A stretch of DNA of 64,000 nucleotides from Eledone cirrhosa (lineage: Eukaryota): contig OZ024742.1 of assembly GCA_964016885.1 (NCBI GenBank), positions 119,722,001 through 119,786,000 on the forward strand, in the 5' to 3' direction. The position numbers and the translations under genes were made by a program. Position 1 is the stretch's first letter. Each line of letters opens with the position of its first letter. Of the stretch, positions 25,501-40,874 are shown piece by piece. Below the pieces are notes generated by a model. The model was given only the letters and a program-made list of their open reading frames with translations, did not search any database and was not told the origin of the DNA.

Positions 25501-27582
25501 ATAAAAATCTAATCTTGTGTCTGAATATTCATGCTCTATTCAATCGGTACATCTATCATATATGCGTATATGTGTCTGTACATTAGTACATGTATGTTTA
25601 AAATTCTGTCAATAAGCCTATATGCTTTCTACAATTATTAGTTCCTATCGTTGTGCATTATTGATTCCCAAATTACTTCCTTGGGTTGTTTTGTTATACA
25701 CATCATATATTAATCCTAAGTCATTTTTTATTGTAAGTCTTTTCTGTCAGGTTTCACACTTTCTTTATAAATAATTCAATGATGAGAGTTTTGTTATTTG
25801 CATATTTTAGCTCCCAGTGTTGAATCCCATAATAACATTAAGTATTTTTTTCTCGAAACTCAGTGATTCTCCTTAAATGAGAAATTTTCATTTTTTATAA
25901 AAATTTTAATATTTTAAAATTCTGTTAGGTAATTGCTACTTAGGTCACTTCTTCTGGAATGTTTTCCTTGGAGATTACTCTACATCGATTCTAAATTAAA
26001 CTACTATGTTATATTTATAAATTGACTTTTATCTCTATTGATTTATATCATTAATTCTTTCCTTAAGAAACAATTTTTGTCATAACCTTTCATTATTGGG
26101 CTTCCTGAACTCAGCAATTTCTAATAGTTGTCATAGTACTTTGGAAATAGTAAGAACACAATTGCAATAAGTTTTTATACATATAATATAAGTCTTCTAA
26201 TAATGTAGAAAATATAATTAAAAAGAAAAAAAGAAACACTGATCAGTTCTCCAGATAATTTGTTAAATATTTTGTCAACAATGATAAAAATGTTTCTAAA
26301 CTTCATTTTTATAGTAGACAAGCTTCAAACATTTTTTAAAAATTACAAAGGAATAATACTGAAATAAGGCAGAGAATAATTATATTATGTCTCCTTTGGG
26401 GCAAGTTGAACTCATTGTAATAAATTCTCTTGAGATTGTTGCTGTGATGCCATACTTTAGTATATAATGCAAATCAGAAAATATTCTCCTCTCTGTCCAA
26501 TTCTCAATATCTTTTTATGTTTGAAATTAATGTTTTTCTCCATAACAAATTGAATATTCATAAACTTCAACAATATTTATTGATAAAACTTGGCAATTCT
26601 ATAAGTCAATATGCATAAGATATAGAAGTTTTATAATAGACAAAGAAATTATATCACATCTGAATTATCACGATGCTGTCTTGCTTTGTTATAATTCCAA
26701 AGTCATTTATAATTATATTGCTAAACATGCATTCTGTTTCATTTTGCATCAAATAAAATAAAACAAATTTCTTTCCATGGCAAAATTATAGAAATATTAA
26801 CTCCTTTTCATGAAATAAATACTTTTATAAATGAAGGAATGCAGTTGGTTATTGGTGATGAAAGGCAAGTTGACTCTCAACTCAGAAATAAAAGTTTAAA
26901 GTATCTAATCCTATTTAATATCAACTTAACAGCTGAATTGCTCTGAAATTTAACCCACAGTTACTCAAAATTGATTCTAGATTAGCTGGCCAAAAACTTC
27001 AATTCACAGCTTTAGAAAATCTAATAAAGAAAGTATATTAATTTATATTTTAGATTTAATTCCAAAATGAGAACTTATTTTGAAATATATGAATTAAAAA
27101 GTCACAAAGGAACATTACTATTCTTACCATTATAATAATGGCAGTGATAAATTACAAATCTCTCCTATAATCATCCATTATAAATACAAGTCTCCTACAA
27201 CAACAAACTCTTTATGTTAAAATTGCCCACCTTAATGGCACTTACCTGATTTTCACTAGGATAAGGATGGTTTTATATTAGACAAATATACAATTGTCAA
27301 CCAATATACCAACCAAATTACTTATCATTCATTGACAAGTAACACATAAAACACAAGGAAAAGTAGAAAATTCATTTACCTTGATCAAACCAAGTTCTTA
27401 TCAAATTAATTGTTACTTTCAAAATATCCTCATCATTCTCTGAAAAACATAAGAAAATTAAAAATTATGAAACAATAGTTAGTTATTTCTCAGACTTCCA
27501 TAAAAAATAATACATTTTCAAGCAATAATGACTATCGATCAAGTTATTTATGCTTCAAAAATGAATGTATCATTTTTATCAG

Positions 27583-27827
27583 TTAACCCTTTTGATACCA
27601 ATCCACCTGAAACCTCTCCTGTTTCTGTGATGTAAAGTTGTTTATTTTATCTGAAAACATTCCCACATAATTTTATGTTAAGAAACTTTATTATGTTCCA
27701 AACATCAGATAAATAACAATAAAGTCATTTATATTACTAAATCACACAAAATTCTTATTTATTTCCAATATTAATAGAAAATCACTGGCAGTATCTTTCA
27801 TTAGAGATATGATAAAGAGGAGGTTAA
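27583..27827. mobile_element. piggyBac-type MITE (family 2)
   Basis: TTAA-CCCT...AGG-TTAA ends; related copies near 39149-39385 (opposite orientation) and 59350-59615. Confidence 0.6.
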
Positions 27828-28416
27828 AGCGTCAAAACATTCATTTGTAATTACTTGACAGATCCTGAACAAATCATCTAGAAACTTTCTGAACTTGTAC
27901 CTAGTACCAGTTAGCAACAGTTATTGGAAACAATGCATTGAACATTACAAGATTAAAGTGTCAAATTTAATGCTAATAACTATTAGGCAATCTTAATCTG
28001 AAATCTCAAAAAGAAGCTTACTACTTCTCCCACAAAAAAGTATGTTCCCTCTCTTGATTCAAAGTATTACTTAAATTTCAGATGAGTTTTTAATAGCTTG
28101 TATAACTATGTAGTCCTCTGAAATTACTATTAGAGAAGTAGCTGTACAGAGTCTCATCATCAGCAGCATCCTCTAATATTATCAACATTTATTATCATCA
28201 TTCCTCACATCATTATCATCCCATCATCATCTCTAACATCATCACCATCTCTATTATCGTTATCATCTTTATCTCAATCATTATCCCCATTTCTATATTC
28301 ACAACCATCACTAATATCAGCATCCCTGTCATCCTCATCCTCCTCCTCTTCCTTATCATCATCATCAATATAAGAAAAAATGGAGAAATGGTATATATAT
28401 ATATATATATATATAT

Positions 28417-28733
28417 GAGCGTCGGGCTTACAATCATGACGTTAGTTTGATTCTTGGACCAGATAATGCGTTGTATCCTTGAGCGAGACACTTTATTTCA
28501 AGTTGGTCCAGTTCACTCAGCTGGAAAAATGAGTTGGAACGTCACTGGTGCCAAGCTGTATCGACCATTGCTTTTCCCTTGGACAACATTGGGGGCATGG
28601 AGGGGGGAGACTGATATGCATAGGTGACTGCTGGTGTTCCACAAAACAACCGTGCCCAGATTTGTGCCTCGGAGGGGAATTTTCTAGGTGTAAATCCCAT
28701 GATCATTCATAACTGAACCGAGTCTTTACCATT

Positions 28734-28735
<2 letters not shown>
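28417..28735 (+). mobile_element. Degenerate tRNA-derived SINE
   Basis: Shares ccttgagc.agacactttatttca...cagtt.actcagctg body with the SINE at 58461-58797 but has a different 3' part. Confidence 0.7.
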
Positions 28736-28769
<34 letters not shown>

Positions 28770-29750
28770 GTGGATGAAAAACTCATAACAGTGTAGGTGT
28801 AGAAAATAAAAGTTCATCTGTAATCATTTTAATAAGAGCTCAAACTATTTGATCAGTTGTTGATGACAAGTGGATTTCTTTGTTGATTTACAGAAAGCTT
28901 TTAATAATTAGAAAAATACTCAAATTATTTAGATACGTGTATTAAAGACTGTTACTACTGATAGTTATAATTATGTTAGGTATCTTTTTATGGACATTTT
29001 CCCATGCTTACATAGGTTGGACAAAGCTGGAGCTTATCCTGATTTCATGGATATTAGACATTAGGGTGGATGAGAGGAGAAAATATTCCCCTGGGTGGGA
29101 TGCTAGTCCATTGCAGAAATTATTCCCAGTTGCCACTGGTATTCATTTTTAGTTGAGTGAAATGGAGAAATGTGCAATGAAGAGCTTTGTTCAATGACAC
29201 AATATGTCATCTGGCACCTTATAATCATGAACCCATTTCCCTAAGTATTCTTTAACCCAGATTTGTATATGTATAAATTATTAGTTTCTATCTGATAGAG
29301 AGAATATAAAAAATCATGTATTTCATCCTGTCAGATGGTATTTATTTAAAATAAATATAAACATTTGCCAAATTGCCAACATGCTTTCAAAACTTCATTA
29401 CTTTGTATATACAAAGCATCACCATCATCATCATGTCCACTTTTCCATGTTTGCATGGGTTGGGCATATCTCAATATGCTTAAATGCTATTTAAATTCTT
29501 AAATATGAGGGGTTTATTTAAGAAAATTTGTTCTATCGTATCTTTCTGGCATTAAATATTCTTAAATTAAAGTGATCTTCATGTTGCAAGTCAAATATAT
29601 GTGTAAAATGATGTCCTATTCATGGAAATGCAGCCTAATAAATATTTCTAGGAGAACTATAACATAATATGAACCATTAGATATTTATTTTCTTTCCTTA
29701 TTGAAGTTGTTGACTAGATTTAGAAAGACATAAATAGGAAGTATGAAAGC

Positions 29751-29977
29751 TTAACCCTTTAGTATTTAAACTGGCCATATGCAGCCAGAATTCTCTCACT
29801 TCTTTTGGTTAAAGCCTGCTGTAACTGGCCGTTCATATAACATTAAGTATTGTTCTTAAAATAAATGATATCAAAATCTCATAGATTCAATATTATGTGA
29901 GATAATTATGTGAGGTAAAGCTTTTACTGTGAAAATATAATAGTAAATATAGAGTAATGTAAATGTTAAAGGGTTAA
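29751..29977. mobile_element. piggyBac-type MITE (family 1)
   Basis: TTAA TSD, TIR ccctttagtattta / taaatgttaaaggg; second copy at 40875-41102. Confidence 0.85.
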
Positions 29978-32892
29978 TGCACTTGTCCTAAAATTTCGCC
30001 ACATTCCAAACATTGCATTGTATTTTTGTGCAAAGCCACTTGAGTTACTTTCTTTAGCTAATTTATTTAGCTGGAAAGTTGTCATAATTGGTCAAGGTGT
30101 TAAACCTGTTAAGCCTTTTTACTGGTGGAGTTATGACTTTACGTCATAAGAACTATACTATATACTCTTGACAAGAATTAAAACAGCTCCTATTTCACTG
30201 ATCTGATATCAGATGAGATACATACTGCTGCTCTTTACCATGTCAGCTGTCATCATCTAAACCTATGATCAAAGTCATTGCAATCATTACCATTCTTGTC
30301 TTATTTTTTTTTTATACATAGTGTATTTTGGATTATATTATCCAATGTGCATTTTCCTTTCTTTGAGATGGTAGAATGTGATATGAAGTAGATTTGGCTG
30401 CTATTTTAGCCAATCACATAACCTCTTATTTACCAAGCAATGTAGAACATCTATTTAAAGGAAAATTGACATGTGGTATGAAGGTTTACATATCAAATTC
30501 CATTAAAAGACCAGTACAGTATTATTCAAAGAGATATTTTACTTTTATCTTTACTGCAGAAACTGGCAATAAATATTAGTTATATGGTGAGATATTGTGA
30601 GTCCATAAAAATGTTCCCATACTTGAATAACAAATTTTAGCAATATCAACAAATAATAAAATTAATATATTTTCTGTTTTAATATTCAGTTTGACATTAC
30701 CATAAATTAATATCCCATTTTAAAGGAAAAAAATCGCAAAATAAAATTCAAATTACTAACTAGATCTATGAATATTAAATAAAAATTTTATCAACTTTAA
30801 CAGATATAAAACATCGTAGATTAACACAAGACTATGAAATAAGTAGATGGGCTAAGTTTGACTTTATAATGTAGTTTGGTCAGTGCACTGCAAACTATGA
30901 AAATCGTTGACTTATCTATTACCAATCTCTTCTCAAAAAATCATATGATAAATCACATTGAAAAGCAGAAAACATATGGATCATAGATGGTTATCTTAAA
31001 AACAGAATAATATATTCATTCATCTATATTTCATATATATATATACACGTACGTATATATAAATATTCCTCTAATATAATTTCAACTTTGAAAGCTAATG
31101 GATGCAACATTTAAAATATCATATTAGTAAATTTTAAGGGATTTTGATTTTCATATCAGTTAAATGATGCTAAAGTGTTTCTCTATCAAATTTGATTAAG
31201 TTTTAAAATAATTAAAATATAAGTCACTAATTTTTTATAATATGTAGTCATAGCAGTTTTCAGGTTACTCTATATAATCAAAATATTTTTTAAACATAAA
31301 AGCCTTGAGGAAAAATCCACTGAGTTTCAAATGAGTTTGTTGGTAAGTTATTTTAGTAATTGTCATTCTTCATTGAAGTACTGCTATGTTTTTGCTGTTA
31401 GTGATTAGCTTAAATAAAAGAAGTTTGTTATATAAAGAGTGGAGGGCAGTATTATTTTTGTTGTTATTAAAAATGTGTCAATGTAGCTGAAGTAGAAAAT
31501 TAGCTTGCTTGTTATTTAGTTTGGAGTCTTGCCACATTTTCTTTTGTCAGATAAATATGATCATTCTTTTCACTGAAACATGCTTCACTCCTTTCACATA
31601 AATGTAATCCTTCCTTTCAGTTAAACATAATCCTTCTTTTCAGTCAAATACACTCCTTTCTTTCAGTTAAACAATCCTTTTTTCTAGTTAAACTGGCTCT
31701 TCCTACCAATTAAGCACTCTTTCACCAGAAGAAAACAGAAATTAATCCTTCCATAAAATTAAGCACCACACTTTATACACTAAATTAACAAAGCAATGTT
31801 ACATTTTAAACATATTTAATACAAAATATCACTAAAGTATCAAAATAATTTCACAGTTAATGTTTATTTATAAATAATCTGATTAACTGAGCAATTTTGT
31901 TTTTGCTACTGTCAGAATCTTGTCTAATAGCACCCAGTTAATGCTGTAGATATAATCATACTGTAATGAGAAAAAACTTTCCTAACTTCCACAAAAATGA
32001 ACCTTCCTCAATTTTAATCAGTCAATCTGCTAGGAAAGTAGATAAATCATTTTCAAAATACTCCTTGTCATCTTTAAGATAGGGATCAATTATTCAAGTT
32101 CTAAATATCTTGATATCAGATAGTCAATATAGATGAGATGGCAATGGTGCTAGAACAGCAATCAAAATGATTCTATGAACAACTATCTCTATGTCATTGT
32201 ACTAGAAGAGCTAAAATGATAAATTGTATTGTGAATTTGATCCATCCGTTCAACTAAACACAATCTTTTCCTCATACTGGAATATAACCTTTCTTCTCTT
32301 TAATAAACATTCCTTCCAAAATTATGATCATTCCATTCAGTTACGCATGTTCTTTTCTTTCAGTTGAATATGATCCCCAATATGAAATATTTATTATTAT
32401 ATGTTTCCTTTTCTTCACAATATTGTAATGTTGTTTCTCTACAGTTGTATTTATAGTCAAAACAAAAATGGGAAAATATAAATTCATTACGCCAATTATA
32501 TAATGAATTTCACCATTGTTCGAACTTTATTTTTGCAAGCAATTCAGTGGTGAATGCACATATATACTCACACACTTGTGTATGGATATGTGTCGTTGTA
32601 TGTGTAAACTCATACAAACACACATATGTGTACACAGAGTAAGCATGTTTATAACAACTGGATGTCCTAATATGAAGCCTGTTTCACTTCTAATAGCTCA
32701 ATAATTCAGTCCAATATTAAATTAATGTTACATTCTTGGTTGTAGAAGCAATAAAAAATGATGATGAATCTTAGCTGTTGCTAGCTGTTCTTTTACTAGC
32801 AAATAAAAATTGGTATAGTCAATATATTTTTAGATAGGCTTCAAGTAAATGAGCTGTGCTTTCTAAATAGGTTAGCAACTAAATACAGCCTG

Positions 32893-33599
32893 TATGTATG
32901 TATGAATGTATGTATGTGTATATGTATATATATATATATATATATATGTTTATATATGTATATATATATATGTATATTTGAATATATATATGTGTGTGTG
33001 TGTGTACATATGTATATATATATATATATATGTATATATATGTGTGTATGTATATGTGTGTGTATGTATATGTGTGTATATGTATATGTGTGTATATATA
33101 TATGTGTGTGTATATATGTAAATGTGCATATATGTATATATATGTGTGTATATATATATATGTGTGTATATATATATGTGTGTGTGTATATATGTATATA
33201 TATCTGTGTGTATATATATCTGTATATATATATATGTGTGTATATATGTATATGTGTATATGTGTATATGTGTATATATGTATATGTGTATATGTGTGTA
33301 TATATATGTATATGTGTGTGTATATATGTGTATATATATATGTGTGTATATATGTGTATATATATATATGTGTATATATATATGTGTGTGTATATATGTA
33401 TATATATGTGTGTGTATATATGTATATATATGTGTGTGTATATATGTATATATATGTGTGTGTATATATGTATATATATGTGTGTGTAAATATGTATATA
33501 TATGTATGTTTATATATATATATATGTATGTTTATATATATATACATGTATGTTTATATATATATATGTATGTTTATATATATATACATGTATGTTTAT

Positions 33600-33631
<32 letters not shown>

Positions 33632-33894
33632 TTATATATATATACATGTATGTTTATATATATGTATGTATATATATGTATGTTTATATATACATATATA
33701 TATGTATATATATGTATGTTTATATATACATATATATATGTATATATATGTATGTTTATATATATATGTGTGTATATATATGTATGTTTATATATACATA
33801 TATATATATGTATATATATGTATGTTTATATATACATATATATATATGTATATATATGTATGTTTATATATATATATATATATATATGTATGTT

Positions 33895-33932
<38 letters not shown>

Positions 33933-33966
33933 TGTATATATATATATATGTGTGTATATATATATA

Positions 33967-34013
<47 letters not shown>

Positions 34014-34018
34014 ATATA

Positions 34019-34050
<32 letters not shown>

Positions 34051-34192
34051 CATGAATATATATGTGTGTATATGTATATATATATGTGTGTATATATGTG
34101 TGTATATATATATATGTGTATATATATATGTGTGTATATATGTATATATATATATGTGTTTATATATATATGTGTTTATATATATATGTGTG

Positions 34193-34226
<34 letters not shown>

Positions 34227-34346
34227 TGTGTATATATATATATATGTGTATATATATATATATGTGTATATGTATATATATGTGTATATGTATATATATA
34301 TATATATGTGTATATATATATATATATATATGTGTATATATATATG

Positions 34347-34411
<65 letters not shown>

Positions 34412-34419
34412 ATATATAT
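32893..34419. repeat. 1.5-kb compound (TA)/(TG) microsatellite
   Basis: Direct reading; source of the long Y/I/V/C/M pseudo-ORFs. Confidence 0.97.
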
Positions 34420-34420
34420 T

Positions 34421-34871
34421 CGCTTGTATGCAAAATGCTATGCTGCATTGTTCTGAAACATGCGCAGTGACTGTAGAGAATATGTGCAGTTTGGAGAGAA
34501 ATGAAGCGGGCATACTTTGATGGATGTGCAATGTTAATTAAGAGAACAGCAGAGCTTGGATGAATTGAGAGAAAAACTGAATATAAGTGGAATGAGAACT
34601 AGTGTGCAAGAGAGACAACTACATTGATATGGACATGTGATTTGCATGGATGTTGGTCAGTGGATGAAAAAGTTTAAGGAAATCCCAGTGAAAAGAAGCT
34701 ACAGTAGAGCTAGACCAAGAAAGACCTCGGGAAAGGTAGTGAGAACTGATTTAAAATTGCTGAACTCACAGTGATGATGACAAAGGATTATGAGTTGTGT
34801 AAAGATGCTGTGCTGGAATGGACTCATTCATCCCATGCAAGCATAATTAAACGAATATAAAAATGATGATG
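34421..34871 (+). mobile_element. Old RTE LINE C-terminal fragment
   Basis: AMLHCSET...LERNEA; degenerate tail. Confidence 0.75.
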
Positions 34872-35266
34872 CTGGTGATTTTATTGCTTGATGACTCTGT
34901 GATAAACAGGCGAAACTCCAGAGAAACCAGACTCCCTTTTTAGCCTTAATAATAATGAGTATCATTACCATCATCACCATCATCATTTAACGTCCATTTT
35001 CCTTTCCACGCTAGCATGGGTTAGATGGGTTGTCCCATTTGAGGTAATTTGGGTCAGGTGACAGTGTCTTACTCATATAGAACTATTCCTGGCTAGGTTT
35101 CTACAGCTGGATGCCCTTCCTAATACCAACCTTATGTACAGTGTGTGTGTGTGTATATATACATATGTGAATATATGTGTGTGTATGTGACCACCTTTTG
35201 CAACCTACTGGCAAGACTTGCTGCTGGAGTAAAATGCCAGCCAGAGAGAGAGAGAGAGAGAGAGAG

Positions 35267-36262
35267 TGACTGGTGACAGAGGCAGCCATTAAAGCCAAGA
35301 GACAGGCATGGAAAGACTGGAAAAATGGGAATAGCAACGAATGGTTCCAAGTAGCTAAGGCAAAAGCTAGGCGACAGGTGTACACATGCTGGAGAGAGGC
35401 TGAAGAACGTAAATTTGTCAATGTCTTGAGTTGTGAGGATCAGGGGCGTGAAGTGTTTCATATTGGAAGGCAGTGTATTAGTGTGAATCGAGATGTTGTT
35501 GGGGGAAAAAAGCTGTTAGAAATGATGTTGGTGCACATAGCACCACTGATGCCCCAAAGAAAGACCTGGAAATGTTACTATGAGAGATTGATGAATCTAG
35601 AGAAGGAATGGTAAGAAAGGAAACTACCCCAAATCACCCAAAGGAAGGACCAGCTATCAAAGTTGATAGTTTTAGGGTTAAAGACACAATCAAGGAGATG
35701 AAAAATGGTAAAGCTACAGAACCATCAGAAGTAGTTGCTGAGATGCTGAAAGCATCGGGAGTGGTAGGAGTCAAAATAGTAACACGTATAGTAAATCAAG
35801 TTATACATCATGGAGTCATACCCAATGACTAGTGCAGCAGTACAATCATAAATTGCTACAAGGTCAAAGGTCATGCTCTAGAAAGGAGCAACTCGAGAGG
35901 AATAAAACTAATGGATTAAGTTATGAAAGTGACCAAAAGAATTATAGTACAGCTAATTAGGAAAAGAGTCAAAATAGATGAGATACAGTTTGATTTCATG
36001 CCTGGGAAAAGTACAACAGATGCACTCTTCTCAGTGAGGCAACTACAAGAGAGGTTCCTAGCTAAAAATAAACCACTATATTTAGCTTTTGTTGATCTAG
36101 AAGAGGCCTTTGATCTATTATCTGGTGGTCCTTAAGGGAATTAGGTGTAGAGGAATCGCTTGTGAGGGCAGTGCAAGCTATGTACAGAGGAGCTATCAGT
36201 AAAGTGAGAGTATGAAATGAGTGTAGCAAGGAATTCAAGGTACAGGTAGGAGTTCATGAAGG
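35267..36262 (+). mobile_element. RTE LINE internal fragment (family B-like), frameshifted
   Basis: ORFs 35273, 35608, 35923: QFDFMPGKSTTDALF...LAFVDLEEAFD. Confidence 0.88.
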
Positions 36263-36269
36263 AGAATGT

Positions 36270-37740
36270 CTATATAAGGTACAACAGGAAATGTTTTTAA
36301 TCTGACAAGATTGAAATTAAAATCCAAAGTTTTCACTTCATTGGTTAGAGACTCGCTGTATATCGATGATTGTGACTTTGTTAGTCATACAGAGCATGGC
36401 TTGCAATTATTTATTTCTTCATTTGATGCAGCTTGTGATGTCAATAAAAATGGTTCTTTGAACTCAGAAATATACTTGAGAATTCAAAAGGCTGAAAAAT
36501 CTTTTGGGAATTTAGAATCTTATGTGAGGTCACATATTAAAACCAAGACAAAAGTTTCTTTTGTGCTGTTGTCTCTTCTTTATTCTTCTGAGATATGGGG
36601 CATGCTATAAATGCCATATAAAGCTACATGAAAGATTTCATCTAAAATGTTGGTGCAGAATCCTGAAACTCTCATAAAACATCAGTGTCTGCCGTGAAAG
36701 AGGTCCAACTGCTGTTGGTATTCCTTCAATTTAATCTTTAATCTTTAGAAACCAACTCAGATGGTTGGAGCAACTTGTGCACATGCATGACAAACATGCT
36801 CCCAAACAGTTGTTTTCTGGGTTAGCAGTGCAAACCCAGGAAAAAATTTATGGATGCATTGAAGGATTGTTTGAAAAACATCGGAATTGATGCAAGAATT
36901 GATGTTTTGACAGCAGATCATAATAATTGGAACTCAAAATTATGGGATTGTATGAAAAGTTTTGAGGAAAACAACATAAAACATGCCAATCTAAAACGTA
37001 AAATTAGGAAAAACCAGGTGGTTACAGAACATGAGAATGGCACTAAGGTTTCGTCTTATGAAGTTTGTGACAAAATATGCCTATCTCTTGCTGGCCATAA
37101 ATCCCACACCAGAGTATACAACAATCATCATTATCATCCTCATTTTACATCCATTCTTCCACGCTAGCATAGGTTAGACGGGTTGTCCTGTTCTGGGCAG
37201 TGTCTGGTCGGCTGACCTTGTCTTGTTCATACTGGAACTGATTCTTTCTTGATTTCTACAGCTGGATGCCCTTCCTAACACTAACCTCATTTACAGTGAG
37301 TGCTGGGTGCTTTATTTCCGTGGTGCCTACACGTCCACTTTACAGTGTGGGCTGGGTGCTTTTTTGCTGTGGCACCTCCATGATCACTTTGCAGGGGGGG
37401 GGGGGGGGCATATTGTCTATATGCTTCAGCTTCGGCTTGTATCCGTGGGAAGTCGGGTCTTCTGTATTACTGCGTGATGCCATGTCTCATATTAACTATA
37501 GCAGCTACTTGACAGTAAAGCCTAATCAATGCCACATCTGCCACATTTGTAAATCATAGGGAGGTTTAAAGAGACAAGTACATCAAGTGCAGGCACCACA
37601 GTCTTTGCCAAAAGTTACCTGTAGTTTGTGTGGCTGACTTTGTAATTTGTGTGCTTCCATACCTGGTTTAAAAAGCCACATAAGACACCATGCTGGAAAT
37701 GATCTTCATATGGTCAAGTTCTGTATTGAATATACAACCA
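36270..37740 (+). mobile_element. BovB-like RTE fragment interrupted by a minus-strand RTE 3' end (about 37126-37481)
   Basis: FNLTRLK...LYIDDC (YADD-like), LLYSSEIW, C-terminal C2H2-like motifs on both sides of the insertion. Confidence 0.75.
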
Positions 37741-39719
37741 ACATGTATGTATATGCATCATCATTATCATCATCATCATCGTTTAATGTCCATCTTTCAT
37801 ATATATGTATTTATACATCTATATGAAGCTTCCATGTTTTTATAGATGTGTTATAGTAATATACATGAATGCCAAAGACCTTTCCTTTGCTATTATGGTG
37901 CTATCTACCTTATCATTCCATCATCATGTCACTTTCTGTTTTGCTGAGACTTTGCTACAGCTGCAATCATGGTCCACAGCTTTCAGCAGATTGTCTTGTA
38001 GAAATTCCCAATGTTTCTCTATGCTGTAGATTTGCATTTCTTATTGCTGTAGGCATCAATATACATACAGACATACACATATATACAAATTAATATCCAT
38101 ACATATATACATTGTCATCCTTTAATGACTCTTCTACAGATTACACACACGCACATATATATATACATTATCATCATTCTTTATACATCTGATTCTCTAT
38201 GCTAGTATGGGTTGGATGTGTCTTTTTCAACGCAGATTCCCTCTAATCATAATGATTTTTGTTGTATCCTCTGTGAAGCTTAGCATTCTGAGATCTTTCA
38301 CTACTTTTGTCCAGATTTTCCTTGGCCTTCCATATATACATTCATATACACCCACATATATACATATATGCACACACACACATACACACAAGTGTGCGCA
38401 CATGCGCGCACGCACGCGCACACACACACACACACACACACATACTCTCTTATTTAGTAGAATAAAGATTACTTTTGAATATTCTCACATATATAAACAT
38501 GCATATTGAAAGTCTAAGAATATTCATGTGATGTAAATAGATCACTATTGAACAATTATTGAAAAGGTGTTTAGGAGAGGAAAATGGAAAGTTGTAATGT
38601 TTTTGCTTTCCTAATAGCACAAGTAACATAATTGAAGTTAAACGGCTTCAACTAAGATTGCAGCCTAATAAAATAATAAAAAGCTTGGTGAAGATTTGAC
38701 ATATTCAAGAGTTGAATGTAGCAATAGTAGTACCAATAAGTTTTTCATTGCTATCTAGCTTACATACTTGATGCATAAACAGTAGTAGTTGTAGTATTAG
38801 TAGTACTAATAGTTGTTGTTTCAGAAGTTTTAAGGACATAGACTTGTGAGATGAATAACTAATAATGACTATTGCTGCTAATGTATATGAATGCTGTAAA
38901 ATGAATTTGCTCTTCATTTTATTTTATCTTTATTATTCTAACTTCATTTAATTTGAATGCATGAATTATTTAGTAGAATAAAGATTACTTTTTGAATAGG
39001 TGTACAGTAATTTTATATATTTACTGCTTTTAAAATTTTAACACATTTTTCTTTTTAACACATTTGTTTTCCATTAATATGGTTTAAAAATTGATAGTAA
39101 AATATTGATAACTACACGGTAATTTAGCTTTACTATTAGTTTAGTAGTTAACCCATTTGTTTCTATATTTCTAATGAAAGACTATGCCTATGATTTTCTA
39201 TTTATTTGAGAGATAGTCAAGAATATAACTTTTTCGTTATTAAGCTGATGATTGGAACAGAACTTCACAAAGATTCTTACATAAAATTATAATGAAAGGT
39301 TTTTAGTTAAACATAAACACTTAAAAAAAAACATTTTTGTATCATAGAACCAGGGGCAATTCCAAGCAGTTAGGTACCAAAAGTCTATGGCAACTTTTAT
39401 TCACAGTTGTATAAATAACAGAAATTGTTTATAATTTTTTCAGAATGAAAATATAAACACATAACAAATACAATTAACTATTGCTGGCAACCTCACAAAT
39501 ACAATGCACAAAAATACATGATTAAAACGAAAGAAAAAAAGAACCCCATCAATTCATCACTAAATGCAACAATCAGCTCCACATTATAAGGGTCAATGGA
39601 AAGTTTTGAGGCAAGCCAACACACTTGCGGCTTTACCACGGGTGATGGCAAAGCTACGGTGCTTAAACAACCAAGCACCCTCAGGAGCATCACTTGACAC
39701 CTTGGTAAGGTGAACCACC

Positions 39720-40300
39720 AATGATGATAAGAACTTTGGTGGAGCTGTCAGCGGCCCAGCTCTAACCAAACGTCTGAAATGCCACAGGCTGGAAAAAATA
39801 GTTGTTTGATAGTTCCCGGTATTTAAGGATTTTATTTTGTTTGGTAATGGAAGCAGTGACCCTCATATTTACTGCAGCATTCATGATGTGGGAGGGAGCA
39901 AAAGTGTCACTGACTGTGGCATCTCAGATGGGTTATCTGCCTCTTACCCAGGAATAAGGGGTAAAATCGTCTGATCTCTTCCCATTAATTCTGGAGAATC
40001 CAGTTGGCTCCAGAAATGAGGGGATATTTAACCAAGCTAGGGCCTGCTTAATGATGAGGTTTAGCTCAGTGTGGCAGGCAAAGCAACCAACACTCAGGTG
40101 ACAGGACAAACCATGGAGACCTGTGGAGTCGAGGGACCTACCACAGTGACATCTCATACCCCCCACAGTCATCGACTCCCACTCATAGTGCAATGGAGAT
40201 GTGGCATTCATCCAGACTAAGAAGACCACAAATGTTGGCATCAATACAGTTTTATCGACTGGGACCATGAGATGACTGCCATCTAATGTTTTGCAAAGGA
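39720..40300 (-). mobile_element. CRE-clade-like non-LTR element, zinc knuckle + restriction-like endonuclease relic
   Basis: CHCG...GLHGLSC...H.ELN..IKQAL...IPS.LEP.G....GKR.D..T..W.RG, then DATV.DTFA. Confidence 0.75.
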
Positions 40301-40874
40301 CAAGGGATAGTAATATCATCAATGAATAGTTCTTTTAAGTATGAGTCAACTGAATATAATTGGTGATATAATATGACTTTTTCTATTTTGACTAGTTTAA
40401 ACATATTTCCCTTTTATCTAAAACCAGTAAAACATACTTCTGAAGAAGAATAAATTATAGGCTTTACAGAAATGGGACTTTGATCAGTTTTTAACAATGT
40501 TCTATTGATTCAATAGAAAATTAATTTGAAGGTTGATCAGTAACCACACACCTTAATGAATAGAATTAAAGTCATTTTATTTTAACACTCTTGGATGAAT
40601 GGTCACGCATGTTATTATTACCCATAATAATACCAATCACCCAGAGGCAGTAATTTGTCTTGCTTCCAATGATGTGTTTTGACTCAGGAGCCATGTTTCA
40701 ATTAAAAAAATACCATTTATATCTTCTTGTAACTATGTTTAGGGTCAGTTTATCTTCATCTTTATCACCTTCATCAACTTGATCATTATCATTTTTTAAT
40801 TATATTCAGCTGTAGCATCACCTTCACTGCCATCTCTGTCTTTGTTAGCTTTTTCATTGTTGTGGTTGTCAGCA

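Noticed and set aside
32879-34531. Long ORFs up to 444 aa
   Set aside because: Translations of (TA)/(TG) microsatellite lacking stop codons by composition; same applies to ORFs at 1857-4188, 9079-9887, 11213-11605 and 17478-17917
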